Positions 1-9,650 of a DNA stretch of 64,000 nt are shown here, one piece after another (within the stretch, counting starts at the first letter, position 1; each line of letters begins with the position of its first letter). The translations under genes and the position numbers were made by a program. The DNA is from Myxococcales bacterium (GTDB lineage: Bacteria > Myxococcota_A > Polyangia > Polyangiales > Polyangiaceae): the NCBI GenBank assembly GCA_043747615.1, contig JAYTOU010000031.1, positions 32,001 through 96,000 on the forward strand, read 5' to 3'. The notes below the pieces were generated by a model, which worked only from the letters and a program-made list of their open reading frames with translations, was not told the origin of the DNA and made no database searches.

Positions 1-240
1 GCACACGAGCAGCACCCTTCGTCGATCGAAACGATCGGCTACGTGTCCGGTGACGAGCGAGAGCCCAATGGCCGGGAGAAACTGCGCAAGCCCTACGTAC
101 CCGAGGTCGAGCGCGCGGTGGGTCAGCTCGTAGACCTGCCAGCCCACCGCCACCGATTGCATCTGAATCCCGATCGTGAGGAAGAAGCGCGCCCCTTGAA
201 AGAGCCTGAAATCTCGATATCCGAGCGCGGCGTAGCTCAA
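1..240 (-). CDS. MFS transporter (EntS/MFS_3-like), N-terminal part, runs off window start
   Basis: Manual translation of the minus strand from TTG 240: LSYAALGYRDFRLFQGARFFLTIGIQMQSVAVGWQVYELT...GHVADRFDRRRVLL (MFS motif A). Not in the ORF track. Confidence 0.85.
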   Translation of the reverse strand, partial: MSYAALGYRDFRLFQGARFFLTIGIQMQSVAVGWQVYELTHRALDLGYVGLAQFLPAIGLSLVTGHVADRFDRRRVLLVC

Positions 241-247
241 TGCGAGT

Positions 248-946
248 TCACGACAGGTCAAACAACAAGACTTCGGACGCGTCCTGCGCTTCGACGGAGA
301 TCGCCTCCTCGTCGGTGATCGCCGCGCCGTCCCCCTGCACGAGGACCTCTGCGCCGACGGCGACCGTACCCCGCGCGATCTGGAGCCACAGGCGGCGCCC
401 CCTTTTCACGGCGTAGACGGCCTTCTCTCTCTTTTCGAGGAGGGTCACGTGGAGCGACACGTCTTGATGCACCACGACAGATCCTTCGCGCCCGTCCTCC
501 GAAGCCACGAGCCGCCATTTTCCGCGCTTCTCGGCGTCGGCGAATGCCTTCTGCTCGTAGCCCGGCGTGAGGCCCGGCTTGTTTGGCAGGATCCAAATCT
601 GGAAGAAGTGCGCGCCTTCGGATTTGGAGTGGTTGTACTCGCTATGGGTCACGCCGCTTCCCGCCGTCATGCGCTGCACGTCTCCCGGACGAATGACCGA
701 GCCGGTGCCCATGCTGTCTTTGTGCTCGATCGCCCCCTCGAGCGGGTAGCTGATGATCTCCATGTCCCGGTGAGGATGAGTCGGAAACCCAGCGCCAGGC
801 GTGATGCGATCTTCGTTGATGACACGCAGCGCACCAAAGCTCATGTGCTTCGGATCGTGGTAGTCGGCGAACGAGAAGGTGTGGAACGAGTTGAGCCAGC
901 CGTGATCGGCGTGGCCCCGATCTCTGGAACGACGAATGCGAATCAT
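248..946 (-). CDS. yhhW: Pirin family protein (quercetinase-like)
   Basis: RGHADHGWLNSFHTFSFADY, GFPTHPHRDMEI, MTAGSGVTHSE, QIWI motifs. Start reset to ATG 946 (MIRIRRS). Confidence 0.92.
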   Translation of the reverse strand: MIRIRRSRDRGHADHGWLNSFHTFSFADYHDPKHMSFGALRVINEDRITPGAGFPTHPHRDMEIISYPLEGAIEHKDSMGTGSVIRPGDVQRMTAGSGVTHSEYNHSKSEGAHFFQIWILPNKPGLTPGYEQKAFADAEKRGKWRLVASEDGREGSVVVHQDVSLHVTLLEKREKAVYAVKRGRRLWLQIARGTVAVGAEVLVQGDGAAITDEEAISVEAQDASEVLLFDLS

Positions 947-966
947 GGGTGCCTCGGCAGATACTA

Positions 967-1494
967 TTATTTTTCTTTGACGACTTGAGCCTCGATCTCG
1001 ATCTCGACCTTGTCTCCGACGGCGATGCCGCCCGCCTCGAGCGCCTGGTTCCAAACCATGCCGAAGTCCTTACGCGAGATGCTGCCGCGCGCACTGAACG
1101 CGGTGCGGTCACCGCCCCAGGGATCTTTGCCGGTGCCGGTGATCTCCGTGTCGAGGGCGATCTCTTTGGTGACGCCGTGAATGGTGAGGAGGCCGCGGAC
1201 GAGGAACTTGTCGTCGCCGCGCGCTTCTACGCCACTGGTTTTGAAGGTAATGCTCGGGAACTTCTGGACATCGAAAAAGTCGGCCGACCTCAGGTGCGCG
1301 TCGCGTTTCTCTTCGCGGGTGTCGATGCTGGCCACTTCGACCGTAGCCTCGGCGCTCTTCCAAGCGTTGGTCGCGTCGTCGTAGACGGCGTGCCCCGTGA
1401 ACGCGCCAAAGCGTCCGCGCACTTTCGAGATCATGATGTGGCGAACGGCGAAGTTAACGGAGGTGTGGGACGCGTCTACTTTCCAGGTTGTCAT
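967..1494 (-). CDS. yceI: YceI family polyisoprenoid-binding protein
   Basis: WKVDASHTSVNFAVRH, RDAHLRSADFFD, LTIHGVTK, DPWG, RKDFG. Start ATG 1494. Confidence 0.93.
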   Translation of the reverse strand: MTTWKVDASHTSVNFAVRHIMISKVRGRFGAFTGHAVYDDATNAWKSAEATVEVASIDTREEKRDAHLRSADFFDVQKFPSITFKTSGVEARGDDKFLVRGLLTIHGVTKEIALDTEITGTGKDPWGGDRTAFSARGSISRKDFGMVWNQALEAGGIAVGDKVEIEIEAQVVKEK

Positions 1495-1507
1495 GGCGTG
1501 ACCCTGA

Positions 1508-1523
1508 TGCAGTCGGTGTGCCA
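1508..1523 (-). promoter_or_regulatory. Sigma-54 -24/-12 promoter of yceI-pirin-MFS
   Basis: Minus strand TGGCACACCGACTGCA (GG-N10-GC), next to a divergent sigma-54 activator gene. Confidence 0.8.
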
Positions 1524-1563
1524 GACGAAGCACGCACGATTTCGGCTAATTCATGCGCGCGCT

Positions 1564-1600
1564 CTATCGTAGTGAGGCAGTGGGGCTCTCATTATGATAG
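1564..1600. promoter_or_regulatory. Putative enhancer (UAS) for the XylR-type activator
   Basis: CTATCGTAGTGAG (1564-1576) and CTCATTATGATAG (1588-1600) form an 11/13 inverted repeat. Confidence 0.55.
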
Positions 1601-1610
1601 TCGTCTCGTC

Positions 1611-3242
1611 ATGCGTCTGGCTGACCTCGATCTCCGAGAATTGCTCTCCTTCGACCCCCGGGGTGGCGTCTTGCGGTTCGCCGGCCGGCGCGCGCTCATC
1701 CTGGACGCCGTCGCGCTCGGCATTCTGCGAAAGGAGCTGATTGAGACGGTCGGCCTCAGCGTCGCGCGAGGCGTGCTGACTCGCTTCGGTTACGTTCACG
1801 GGTGGCGGAGCGCGGAGGCTATGCGAAGCGCATTCCCGTGGGACGACGAGAACGAATGGCGGATTGCGGGCGGCCGCCTCCACATGTTGCAAGGCCTCGT
1901 GGTCTTCGACCCCGTCGTCAGCGTCGACGCAAAGGATGCTCCGCTCGCCGAAGCGATCTGGCGCGAGTCGTACGAGGCCGAGCAGCACAACGTTCACTTT
2001 GGTCGCTCCGAAGATCCCGTCTGCTGGTCGCTCTGCGGATTTGCAAGCGGGTGGCTGAGCCACGTGCACGGGCGCGAGATCCTGTGCTTCGAAGATCGAT
2101 GCGCCGGGTGCGGCGACGCCGAGTGTCACGTCGTCGGAAAGCCGCGCGAAGAGTGGGGCGAAGAGGTCACCGCATCGATCCCCTACTACGCCAGCGAGTG
2201 CCTGGAGTCTGCTGCCGGAAAGCTGATCGAGACCCTGCGCAGAACGGAGAAAGCTCTGAAGCGAGAGAGGCGAGAGCTCGCGCGTGCCGTCGGAGTGGCG
2301 GAAGATCCGTCGGGGATGATCGTGCGCAGTGAGGCCATGCGGAAGGTGCTCGAGCTGGCGAGGCGCGTTGCCAAGGTCGAGACGACCGTGCTGGTGACCG
2401 GCGAGAGCGGCGTCGGGAAAGAGCGCGTTGCTCGGCTCATTCACGACGAGTCACCACGCTCGGCCGGCCCGTTCATGGCCATCAACTGCGGTGCTGTCTC
2501 GGAAACGCTTCTCGAGAGCGAGCTCTTTGGTCACGCCAAAGGCTCCTTCACGGGTGCGATCCACGATCGCGTCGGACTCTTCGAGGGGGCAGGCGGAGGC
2601 ACGCTCTTTCTCGACGAAGTCGGGGAGCTCACGCCGACGATGCAAGTCAAAATCCTTCGCGCCCTCCAGGAGCGAGAGATTCGTCGCCTCGGAGAGAACA
2701 AGAGCCGGGCGATCGACGTACGGGTGCTCGCGGCGACGAACAAGAACCTCGGGGCAGAGGTAACCGGGGGGCGCTTTCGAGAGGACCTCTACTACCGCCT
2801 GCGGGTCATCGAGCTCGTCATCCCGCCGCTTCGCGAACGCAAAGAAGACATCCTTGCGCTCGCCCGCGCGAGCATCGTTCGTACGGCGAAAAGGCTCAAT
2901 CGCAAGGCGGTCGGCTTCACTCCCGCGGCTGCCGAGAGGCTCCTCGCGCACCCTTGGCCGGGCAACGTGCGGGAGCTCGAGAACGTCATCGAGCGCGCCG
3001 TCGTTCTCTGCGACGACACGTTGGTCGGCGTCGAACAGCTGCCGAGCGAAATTCTCGCGGCCGCCGTACCCAGCCTTGGCGCTGGCGTTGTCATGCCTCT
3101 CGAGCATGTAGAGCGGCGGTACATCCTCGCGGTGCTCGAGGCCAACGGAGGCAACCGGACGAAGACCGCCGTCGATCTCCGGATAGGAGCCGCCACGCTT
3201 TACCGCAAGTTGAAGGCGTACGGGGTCAGCGTTTCACAATAG
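1611..3242 (+). CDS. Sigma-54 dependent activator, XylR_N + V4R + AAA+ + Fis HTH
   Basis: XylR/DmpR-like N-terminus with V4R Cys motif (VCWSLCGFASG...EDRCAGCGDAEC); [42 protein letters not shown]. Confidence 0.93.
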   Translation: MRLADLDLRELLSFDPRGGVLRFAGRRALILDAVALGILRKELIETVGLSVARGVLTRFGYVHGWRSAEAMRSAFPWDDENEWRIAGGRLHMLQGLVVFDPVVSVDAKDAPLAEAIWRESYEAEQHNVHFGRSEDPVCWSLCGFASGWLSHVHGREILCFEDRCAGCGDAECHVVGKPREEWGEEVTASIPYYASECLESAAGKLIETLRRTEKALKRERRELARAVGVAEDPSGMIVRSEAMRKVLELARRVAKVETTVLVTGESGVGKERVARLIHDESPRSAGPFMAINCGAVSETLLESELFGHAKGSFTGAIHDRVGLFEGAGGGTLFLDEVGELTPTMQVKILRALQEREIRRLGENKSRAIDVRVLAATNKNLGAEVTGGRFREDLYYRLRVIELVIPPLRERKEDILALARASIVRTAKRLNRKAVGFTPAAAERLLAHPWPGNVRELENVIERAVVLCDDTLVGVEQLPSEILAAAVPSLGAGVVMPLEHVERRYILAVLEANGGNRTKTAVDLRIGAATLYRKLKAYGVSVSQ

Positions 3243-3915
3243 ATGCAAACTGCATGTAATCGGGCTCGTTGACCGCACCGGCCACGACGCACCTCACCTG
3301 GCCCGTCCCGTCGATCAGCGCATGGGCCGGCAAATCAGGGGGGTTCTTCATCTTCATTCCGGTGAGCCACGCTTCGCGCCCCGGTCCGCTCTTCAGCCAC
3401 AAGGAAGCCTTCACGCCGTCTGCAGGCTGAGCGTCCAGGAATTTTCCAAGTTGCCGTTCGTCATCGTCGAGAGATACGAAGACGAGCTGGATGGGGGTCC
3501 CGGCCTTTGCGAGCTGCTGCTCCCAAGCGCGCAGGCGAGGGATCTCTTCCTTGCACGGCCCACACCACGCCGCGAAAAAATTCACCCACGTCCAGCGCCC
3601 GCCGCCCGCTTTGATCCTTTCTCCCAGCGAGGCCGCTCCCGTCGCCTCGGCATGCGCGAGGGCGATCTTCGGCAAGGAATGCCCAGGTTGCGCGAGCTCC
3701 GTTTCGCACAGCCTTCGCGGCGTCACAGGCACGCTCGCCGCGGCATGCGCTCCAGTCGGCATGGCCGGCGGAGGGGCCGCGGTGGTGAGGACCGCTTCGC
3801 TCCGTGACGTAGGCGCGGCGGGAGCATCGCCTTTATCGCATCCCGCCGAAAAGACGAGCGCACACCCGACGGCGATCCCCAGCCCCAACGCGCTCAGCTG
3901 CAGCGCGGGCCTCAC
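3226..3915 (-). CDS. TlpA/ResA-family thiol-disulfide oxidoreductase lipoprotein
   Basis: VNFFAAWCGPCKEEIP; lipobox FSAGC; GTG start overlaps upstream TGA. Confidence 0.85.
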   Translation of the reverse strand: MRPALQLSALGLGIAVGCALVFSAGCDKGDAPAAPTSRSEAVLTTAAPPPAMPTGAHAAASVPVTPRRLCETELAQPGHSLPKIALAHAEATGAASLGERIKAGGGRWTWVNFFAAWCGPCKEEIPRLRAWEQQLAKAGTPIQLVFVSLDDDERQLGKFLDAQPADGVKASLWLKSGPGREAWLTGMKMKNPPDLPAHALIDGTGQVRCVVAGAVNEPDYMQFASIVKR

Positions 3916-4643
3916 AGGCGACAGTCTACCCAGGAGACGAAGGCGCTCCGGTTGACGGCGGCCGGAGTGCATTTTCCAGCAGCACCGCTGCGGGAGTTCG
4001 GCCAATCGCAGTAGTCCTTCGACAGCTGCGCGAACTCGTTGCCGAGCCACAAAAGCCCGACTTGCTTGTCGAGGTCCGGATCGTGAAACTGCTCCGACAA
4101 GTGGAAGAGCACCGAGTTGGCCCGCTTGTGAGATAGCGCGCGGTTCAAGTCCGCCGGCCCCGTGTGTGAGGCGCGAGCCACGACGAAGAAGTAGCGCGCT
4201 CCCTTGCGATCAAGCCAGCGCTCTTCGAGCAGCGCCTTCGCTCCAGCGTCGAGCGTGTCGGAAGCGTCGTCGAACATCACGACCGCGCCGCGATTCTTCA
4301 GGGGCGTGAAGAGTGCGTTGAAATCGTCGTCGCTGATCGAGGCGAAGGTCTTCACGTCGGCGGGCTGACAGCCGCGGCGACTCTCTGCGCCGACGAGGCC
4401 GCAGGCGTTGAGCACGCGCTGGAGCACCTGCTTGAAGCCCGGCGTGCAATATTTCTCTTCCGTGTTGTCGGCGACCGCCACCTGCTGGGTCACGTCGGCG
4501 GAGATTGCTGGCTTGGTAGTCAGTCGCTCGGCCGCGGCGTGCACCGTCGAGCGCATGATGAGCGTCATTCCAAGGAGGAGGAGCACCCCCGCCGCAGCGC
4601 CCACCGCGGCCGGCCCGCGCGGATTACGCGTGACGTCGCTCAC
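3912..4643 (-). CDS. Membrane-anchored Cys-rich protein with divergent OmpA-like peptidoglycan-binding domain
   Basis: N-terminal hydrophobic helix; ASHTGPADLNRALSHKRANSV resembles the OmpA_C motif; six Cys. Confidence 0.6.
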   Translation of the reverse strand: MSDVTRNPRGPAAVGAAAGVLLLLGMTLIMRSTVHAAAERLTTKPAISADVTQQVAVADNTEEKYCTPGFKQVLQRVLNACGLVGAESRRGCQPADVKTFASISDDDFNALFTPLKNRGAVVMFDDASDTLDAGAKALLEERWLDRKGARYFFVVARASHTGPADLNRALSHKRANSVLFHLSEQFHDPDLDKQVGLLWLGNEFAQLSKDYCDWPNSRSGAAGKCTPAAVNRSAFVSWVDCRL

Positions 4644-5872
4644 TTGAGCACCTCCGGGGCAAGCTGGGCGAGGGTGTATTTCAGCCCAAGATCAGTGTCT
4701 TCGTCGCAGATTCGCTTGTCCCCGAGGAACATCTGGGGCGTGGAGACCGGGATGTGATTGTTCGATGCATAGTGCAAGTGTTGGTTGAGCTTGATGGTCG
4801 TGGCCTTGCTCGCCGCGCACGCCGCGATCTCTTTTCCGAATTTATCGGACACCCGCTTTTCGAGGCCCGCGCGATCCTTCTTGCCCACCTCGCGTAGGTC
4901 TTCTTGGTTTTCGTACGCCCACTCCAGGACGGCCCGGGACTGATTGCCGCCACAGAGGACTGCCCGGGAGAGCTCGCAGGCGCCGGGATGAAGAGAGCGA
5001 TCGATCATCCAATTGCAGTCGCTGTCGAGGGGGAACATGACCAGCGTCACATCGAGTCGCTCGAACACGCCTTCGTCCACCAGGCGCTCGTGGAACGCTT
5101 TGCACGTAGGGCAGAGAGGATCTTCGAAGAGCGTCACCGGCTGCACCGGCCGCGTGGTCGGAATCTTCAAAAGAGCGTTGTGGCTCTCGGTCGTGAGCGC
5201 GAGCTTCCCGCAGCTCGCGAGGAGCGGCTTGTAGTCGGGCAGTGACCACAAGTAGACGTACGCGGGGAGGAGCGCAGCGAGCGCCAGCACCGGCACGAGC
5301 GCGAGGGGCCCGAGCCAGCCCGCTTCCTGGACCTCCACCTCGGTGGGGCCGCGCGCGTCGATGGCTCGTTCGTCTTTGCGCGCGTAGTGACGGAGGGCGA
5401 GGATGCTCGCCACCAGCAGAAGGGTGGACGAAAAGTAAATGCCCACACACACCTTGCAGAATACATGCAATCGGGTGAGCGAGATGAAGAACATAAAGAG
5501 AGAGGCCAGAAACGGCGTCGCCCCGAGCACTCCGAAGATCGCGTACGCCTTCCGCGGAGCCCGCCCGCGCGACAGAAGAAGGTAGAGAGCGAAGCCGGCA
5601 AAAAAGCTGAAAGCGCCGAGTGCGAAGACGGAGATCGGAAGGCCGCCCCAGTACGTCTCGCGGAAGATCGCCGAGTAGGGACTAAAGAGCGCTGTCTTGC
5701 ATGCGTTGTCCGCCTCGCCTGAAACGGGGGCTCCCGGAATGAAGCTGCAGTGCACTGCGTGGATCTGACGATCGAGGTGCTGCGCGTAGTCGTAGGTCGA
5801 GTACGCCGCGAACGTCAGCCCGAGGAGCGCGGCGACGAGAGCCAGGATGGCGAGGTTTCGAGTGGATTGCAT
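4640..5872 (-). CDS. VKOR family protein fused to DsbA-like thioredoxin domain
   Basis: VKOR loop Cys pair (HCSF...NACK), SPYS, GLPIS, FCKVC; C-terminal FEDPLCPTCK and STP cis-Pro loop. Confidence 0.88.
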   Translation of the reverse strand: MQSTRNLAILALVAALLGLTFAAYSTYDYAQHLDRQIHAVHCSFIPGAPVSGEADNACKTALFSPYSAIFRETYWGGLPISVFALGAFSFFAGFALYLLLSRGRAPRKAYAIFGVLGATPFLASLFMFFISLTRLHVFCKVCVGIYFSSTLLLVASILALRHYARKDERAIDARGPTEVEVQEAGWLGPLALVPVLALAALLPAYVYLWSLPDYKPLLASCGKLALTTESHNALLKIPTTRPVQPVTLFEDPLCPTCKAFHERLVDEGVFERLDVTLVMFPLDSDCNWMIDRSLHPGACELSRAVLCGGNQSRAVLEWAYENQEDLREVGKKDRAGLEKRVSDKFGKEIAACAASKATTIKLNQHLHYASNNHIPVSTPQMFLGDKRICDEDTDLGLKYTLAQLAPEVLK

Positions 5873-5928
5873 GTCGTCACGCTCCGTATACTCCCGCCGT
5901 CAGCCCGGGCGTAGTCTAAGCTCGCCTC

Positions 5929-6384
5929 ATGCAGATTGCGCTCGCGGCCGATCACGCTGGTTACGCCCTCAAGGAAGAACTGTTCACCGAGCTGTCCCGC
6001 GCGGGGCACGTCGTCCTCAACCTGGGCACGAACGATCCGAGCGTGCCCTCCGACTACCCTGATTTTGCCGTGCTGGTGTGCGAAGCGGTGCGCGCGGGGC
6101 AGGCGGAGCGAGGCATCCTCGTGTGCGGGAGCGGCGTTGGCGTGTCCGTCGCCGCCAACAAGATTTCGCGAATTCGCGCTGGTCTCTGCCACGACACCTA
6201 CTCGGCCCATCAGGGCGTCGAGCACGACGACATGAACGTCCTCTGCATCGGGTCGCGCATCATCGGCCCCGCGCTTGCCAAGGAAATCGTCCAGGCCTTC
6301 GTCGGGGCGCGATTTACCGCCGAGGAACGCCACGAGCGTCGCCTGAACAAGGTGAAAGCGATCGAAGCACGGTTCATGGGCTGA
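5929..6384 (+). CDS. rpiB: Ribose-5-phosphate isomerase B
   Basis: ADHAG, DYPD, CGSGVG, AANK, HDDMNVL, RHERR. Confidence 0.95.
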   Translation: MQIALAADHAGYALKEELFTELSRAGHVVLNLGTNDPSVPSDYPDFAVLVCEAVRAGQAERGILVCGSGVGVSVAANKISRIRAGLCHDTYSAHQGVEHDDMNVLCIGSRIIGPALAKEIVQAFVGARFTAEERHERRLNKVKAIEARFMG

Positions 6385-6388
6385 CGGA

Positions 6389-7543
6389 GTGTCCCTCTCT
6401 CGCCTCATCGTCTTTCTGTCGTTCGTCCTCACCATCGACGTTGGCTTGCATTACTTCGTGTGGGCTCGCTTGGTGCGCGACACGGCCTTGGACGCCCCGT
6501 ACGCCCGGATCGCCAGCGCCGCCCTCTTCGTCCTCGCTTGCCTCATTCCGATCGCGCTCATCGTCGGGCGAAGCGCGCCGCGTGTCGTCGCCGCTCCGCT
6601 GGCGTGGGCGGCCTACGTGTGGCTCGGGTTTCTCTTTTTTCTATTTTTTCTTCTACTGCCCTTGGAGCTCGTGCGCCTCGGAGCCTTCGTCGCCGGCAAG
6701 CCGAGCGACCCCGAGCGCAGGGAATTTTTCGCGCGCGTCCTCGGCATTTTCGCGGCGGCGGGCACCGTCGTGATGGGGAGCGCGGGCCTCTACTACGGCC
6801 TCCGGCAGGTGCCGATCAAGCGGGTGACCGTGCCTCTCGCGAAATTTCCAAAAGCCCTCTCCGGCTACACGATCGTGCAGCTCACCGACGTGCACGTCGG
6901 GCCTACGATCGGGCGCGACTTCATCGACGATCTAGTCTCCCGCACGAACGCGCTTACTCCAGACCTCATAGCGATCACCGGCGATCTCGTGGATGGATCG
7001 GTCGAAGACCTCGGGCCGCTCCTGGCCTCTGTCGGGAAGCTCCGCGCGAAGGACGGCGTGTACTTCGTGACCGGCAACCACGAGTACTACTCCGGCGCCG
7101 ACGCGTGGATTGCCCATCTGGGCAAGCTCGGGATCCGCGTGCTCCGGAACGAGCACCTCGCCATCCGCGGGGCAGAGGGCTTCGATCTCGCGGGCGTCGA
7201 CGACGCCACGGCACATCAGTTCGGAAACGGCCACGGCATGGACGTGAAGCGCGCGCTCGAAGGCCGCGATCCCGCGCGTGCGCTCGTCCTCCTCGCGCAC
7301 CAGCCGAAGGCCATCGTCGATGCCGCCCTCCACGGCGCGGATTTGCAGCTCTCCGGCCACACCCACGGCGGCCAAATCTTTCCCTGGAACGTCGTGGTCA
7401 AGCTCGACCAGCCGTACGTGGCCGGGCTTCACGTGCACGAAGGAACGACGATCTACGTGAGCTGCGGAACGGGTTACTGGGGGCCACCCATGCGCCTCGG
7501 TTCCCCCGCGGAGATCACCCGCATCGAGCTTATTTCAGGGTGA
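6389..7543 (+). CDS. Membrane-anchored metallophosphoesterase (YkuE/YaeI-like)
   Basis: N-terminal TM helices; TDVH, TGDLVDG, GNHEYY, LAHQP, SGHTHGGQ. Confidence 0.9.
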   Translation: MSLSRLIVFLSFVLTIDVGLHYFVWARLVRDTALDAPYARIASAALFVLACLIPIALIVGRSAPRVVAAPLAWAAYVWLGFLFFLFFLLLPLELVRLGAFVAGKPSDPERREFFARVLGIFAAAGTVVMGSAGLYYGLRQVPIKRVTVPLAKFPKALSGYTIVQLTDVHVGPTIGRDFIDDLVSRTNALTPDLIAITGDLVDGSVEDLGPLLASVGKLRAKDGVYFVTGNHEYYSGADAWIAHLGKLGIRVLRNEHLAIRGAEGFDLAGVDDATAHQFGNGHGMDVKRALEGRDPARALVLLAHQPKAIVDAALHGADLQLSGHTHGGQIFPWNVVVKLDQPYVAGLHVHEGTTIYVSCGTGYWGPPMRLGSPAEITRIELISG

Positions 7544-7564
7544 AAAGAGCGTGCGCAGCGGGCG

Positions 7565-9418
7565 TTACCAACCGCACTTCTGGCCCTTGTTCTGCTCCTT
7601 CAGAAAAGCGCTGAGCGGCGCGAAGTACTCGAGGAGCGCAGCGGCGTCGGCGGATTTTCCATCGCCCATGGCGTCGAGCGCCTCCGGCCACGGCTTGCTC
7701 GCACCCATTGACAACATGGCCATCAGCTTCGCCCCGGCCGCTTTGTTTCCGTAGATGGAGCACTTGTCGAGGGACTCTTTGCTGCCGGCCGCTTTGCAAA
7801 GCGCGCGGTGGAATTGGAACTGGTAGATGCGCGCGAGAAAGTAGCGCACGTACGGCGTGCTCGACGGCACGTGAAATTTCGCGCCCGGATCGAAATCCGC
7901 TTCGGTGCGTGCGACGGGTGCGGCGACGCCCTGGTACTTCTTTCGCAGCTCCCACCAGGCCGCGTTGTACTTCTCTTTCGGCGTCTTGCCGGAGAGGACA
8001 TCCCAGCGCCACTTGTCGATGAGGAGCCCAAACGGCAGGAAGGCCACCTTCTCGAGTGCCATCTTCATTTGCTGATTGATCCGCGCCTTGTCGTTGTCGG
8101 GCACGGTGTCGAGGAGGCCGACGCCCTTTAGGTACGTCGGGGTCACGCTGAGGGCGAGGGTGTCGCCGATCCCCTCGTGGAAGCCGTCGTTCGCCCCTTG
8201 CTGGAAGAGCATGGGGAGCTTGTAATACTGGTGGAAGTAGTAGTCATGGCCGAGCTCGTGGTGGATCGTGATGAGATCCTCCTCCGTCGGTTCGAGGCAA
8301 ACCTTCACACGCAGATCGTTGTTCCAGCTCGGGTCCCATGCGCTGGCGTGACAGACCACTTCGCGGTCGCGCGGCTTGTTGAAGAGTGAGCGCTCCCAGA
8401 ACGTGGCCGGGAGAGGATCGAAGCCGAGCGAGGTAAAGAAGGACTCGCCGAGCTTGGTCATCTTCACCGAGTCGTACTTTTTTTCCTTGAGCTTCTTGCT
8501 CACGTCGAGGCTCGGCTGTCCTTTGTACGGCTCGACCACGTCGTAGATGTTGTTCCACTCCTGAGCCCACATGTTGCCGAGGAGGTGGGCGGGGATCGGC
8601 GCGCCCTCGGGGACTTTGTCCTTCCCGTATTTCTCCTGGAGCTTGCCGCGCACGTAGCAATGAAGCTCGTCGTAGAGCGGCTTCACCTGCTGCCAGAGGC
8701 GCTCGATCTCCTTCTCGAAATTTTCGGGAGGCATGTCGTAGCCCGCGCGCCACAGGGCTCCCATGTCGTCGAAGCCGATCTCTTTTGCGCCCTTGTTCCC
8801 GAGCTCGACGTAGCGCGCGTACCTGTCCTTGATGGCCGGCGCGGTGGAGTGCCATCCCGTCCATGCATCGAGGAGCTCGTCGTATTTGCGGCTCCCGGCC
8901 AGGGTCTTCGAGAGGTCGCCGAGGGTGAGGCACTTTCCGTCGAGACGCGGCGGGCAGTATTTTCCTTTGCCGTACGCGCTCATCATTCCCACTTCGATTG
9001 CCGCGAGCTCCTCCCGCTCCTTGGCATCGGTCGGGGCTGGCACCGTCTGAGACAGCTTCAAGAGCAAGAATTGCCGCGCGAGCTCGTCGGGCATCTTGAG
9101 CTTCGCGAACTTCTGGGCGTCTTTGATCGTTCGCGTGATGTACTCCGCCGTCGCCTCTTCACCCGCTGCGCCCAGCGCTTCGGTGTCGTCGGTGATGAAG
9201 TTCTCGTTCACCCACATCGCTCGATCGCGCGCCACCCAAAGGCGACGCAGATCCTTGTCGACCTGAGTCATGAACTTCTGCGCTTCCTCCACCGTGGGCG
9301 CGGCCGTCAGCGCGGCATCGACCGCAGGCTCGGTCACCGGCTCTTTTTTTTCATCGCAGGCGAGCGGCAACCACAGAAAAACAAGCGGAGCGAGAAATCC
9401 AAGCGGCGAGCGTCTCAT
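7565..9418 (-). CDS. M2 family peptidyl-dipeptidase (ACE homologue), lipoprotein
   Basis: HHELGH, GANDGFHEGIGD, PAHLLGNMWAQ, CHASAWD, FDPGAKFHV; lipobox PLAC. Confidence 0.95.
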   Translation of the reverse strand: MRRSPLGFLAPLVFLWLPLACDEKKEPVTEPAVDAALTAAPTVEEAQKFMTQVDKDLRRLWVARDRAMWVNENFITDDTEALGAAGEEATAEYITRTIKDAQKFAKLKMPDELARQFLLLKLSQTVPAPTDAKEREELAAIEVGMMSAYGKGKYCPPRLDGKCLTLGDLSKTLAGSRKYDELLDAWTGWHSTAPAIKDRYARYVELGNKGAKEIGFDDMGALWRAGYDMPPENFEKEIERLWQQVKPLYDELHCYVRGKLQEKYGKDKVPEGAPIPAHLLGNMWAQEWNNIYDVVEPYKGQPSLDVSKKLKEKKYDSVKMTKLGESFFTSLGFDPLPATFWERSLFNKPRDREVVCHASAWDPSWNNDLRVKVCLEPTEEDLITIHHELGHDYYFHQYYKLPMLFQQGANDGFHEGIGDTLALSVTPTYLKGVGLLDTVPDNDKARINQQMKMALEKVAFLPFGLLIDKWRWDVLSGKTPKEKYNAAWWELRKKYQGVAAPVARTEADFDPGAKFHVPSSTPYVRYFLARIYQFQFHRALCKAAGSKESLDKCSIYGNKAAGAKLMAMLSMGASKPWPEALDAMGDGKSADAAALLEYFAPLSAFLKEQNKGQKCGW

Positions 9419-9456
9419 GCGGCGCTTCTACCATCGCGCGGCCGAGAGATCATCCA

Positions 9457-9650
9457 CTACATGGGAGCGCCACACCGACCCCGAGACCGCGCGTTACAGC
9501 CTGGCGCGTCGCTCGCGCGGGTGAGCTTAGTCCAGCGGTTGAAGGCACGGAAGAAGGCGCTCGGCTCCGAGAATTCAAGCAAGAACGAGATTTCTGCAAA
9601 TGACATTCCCTGGCCCCCGTAGTGGTCGGCAAGATCGCGTCGCGTCGCGG
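9457..9650 (-). pseudogene. Remnant of AraC-family regulator (C-terminal HTH only)
   Basis: TRRDLADHY...SFAEISFLLEFSEPSAFFRAFNRWT matches the second AraC HTH; no room for the rest of the gene. Confidence 0.75.
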
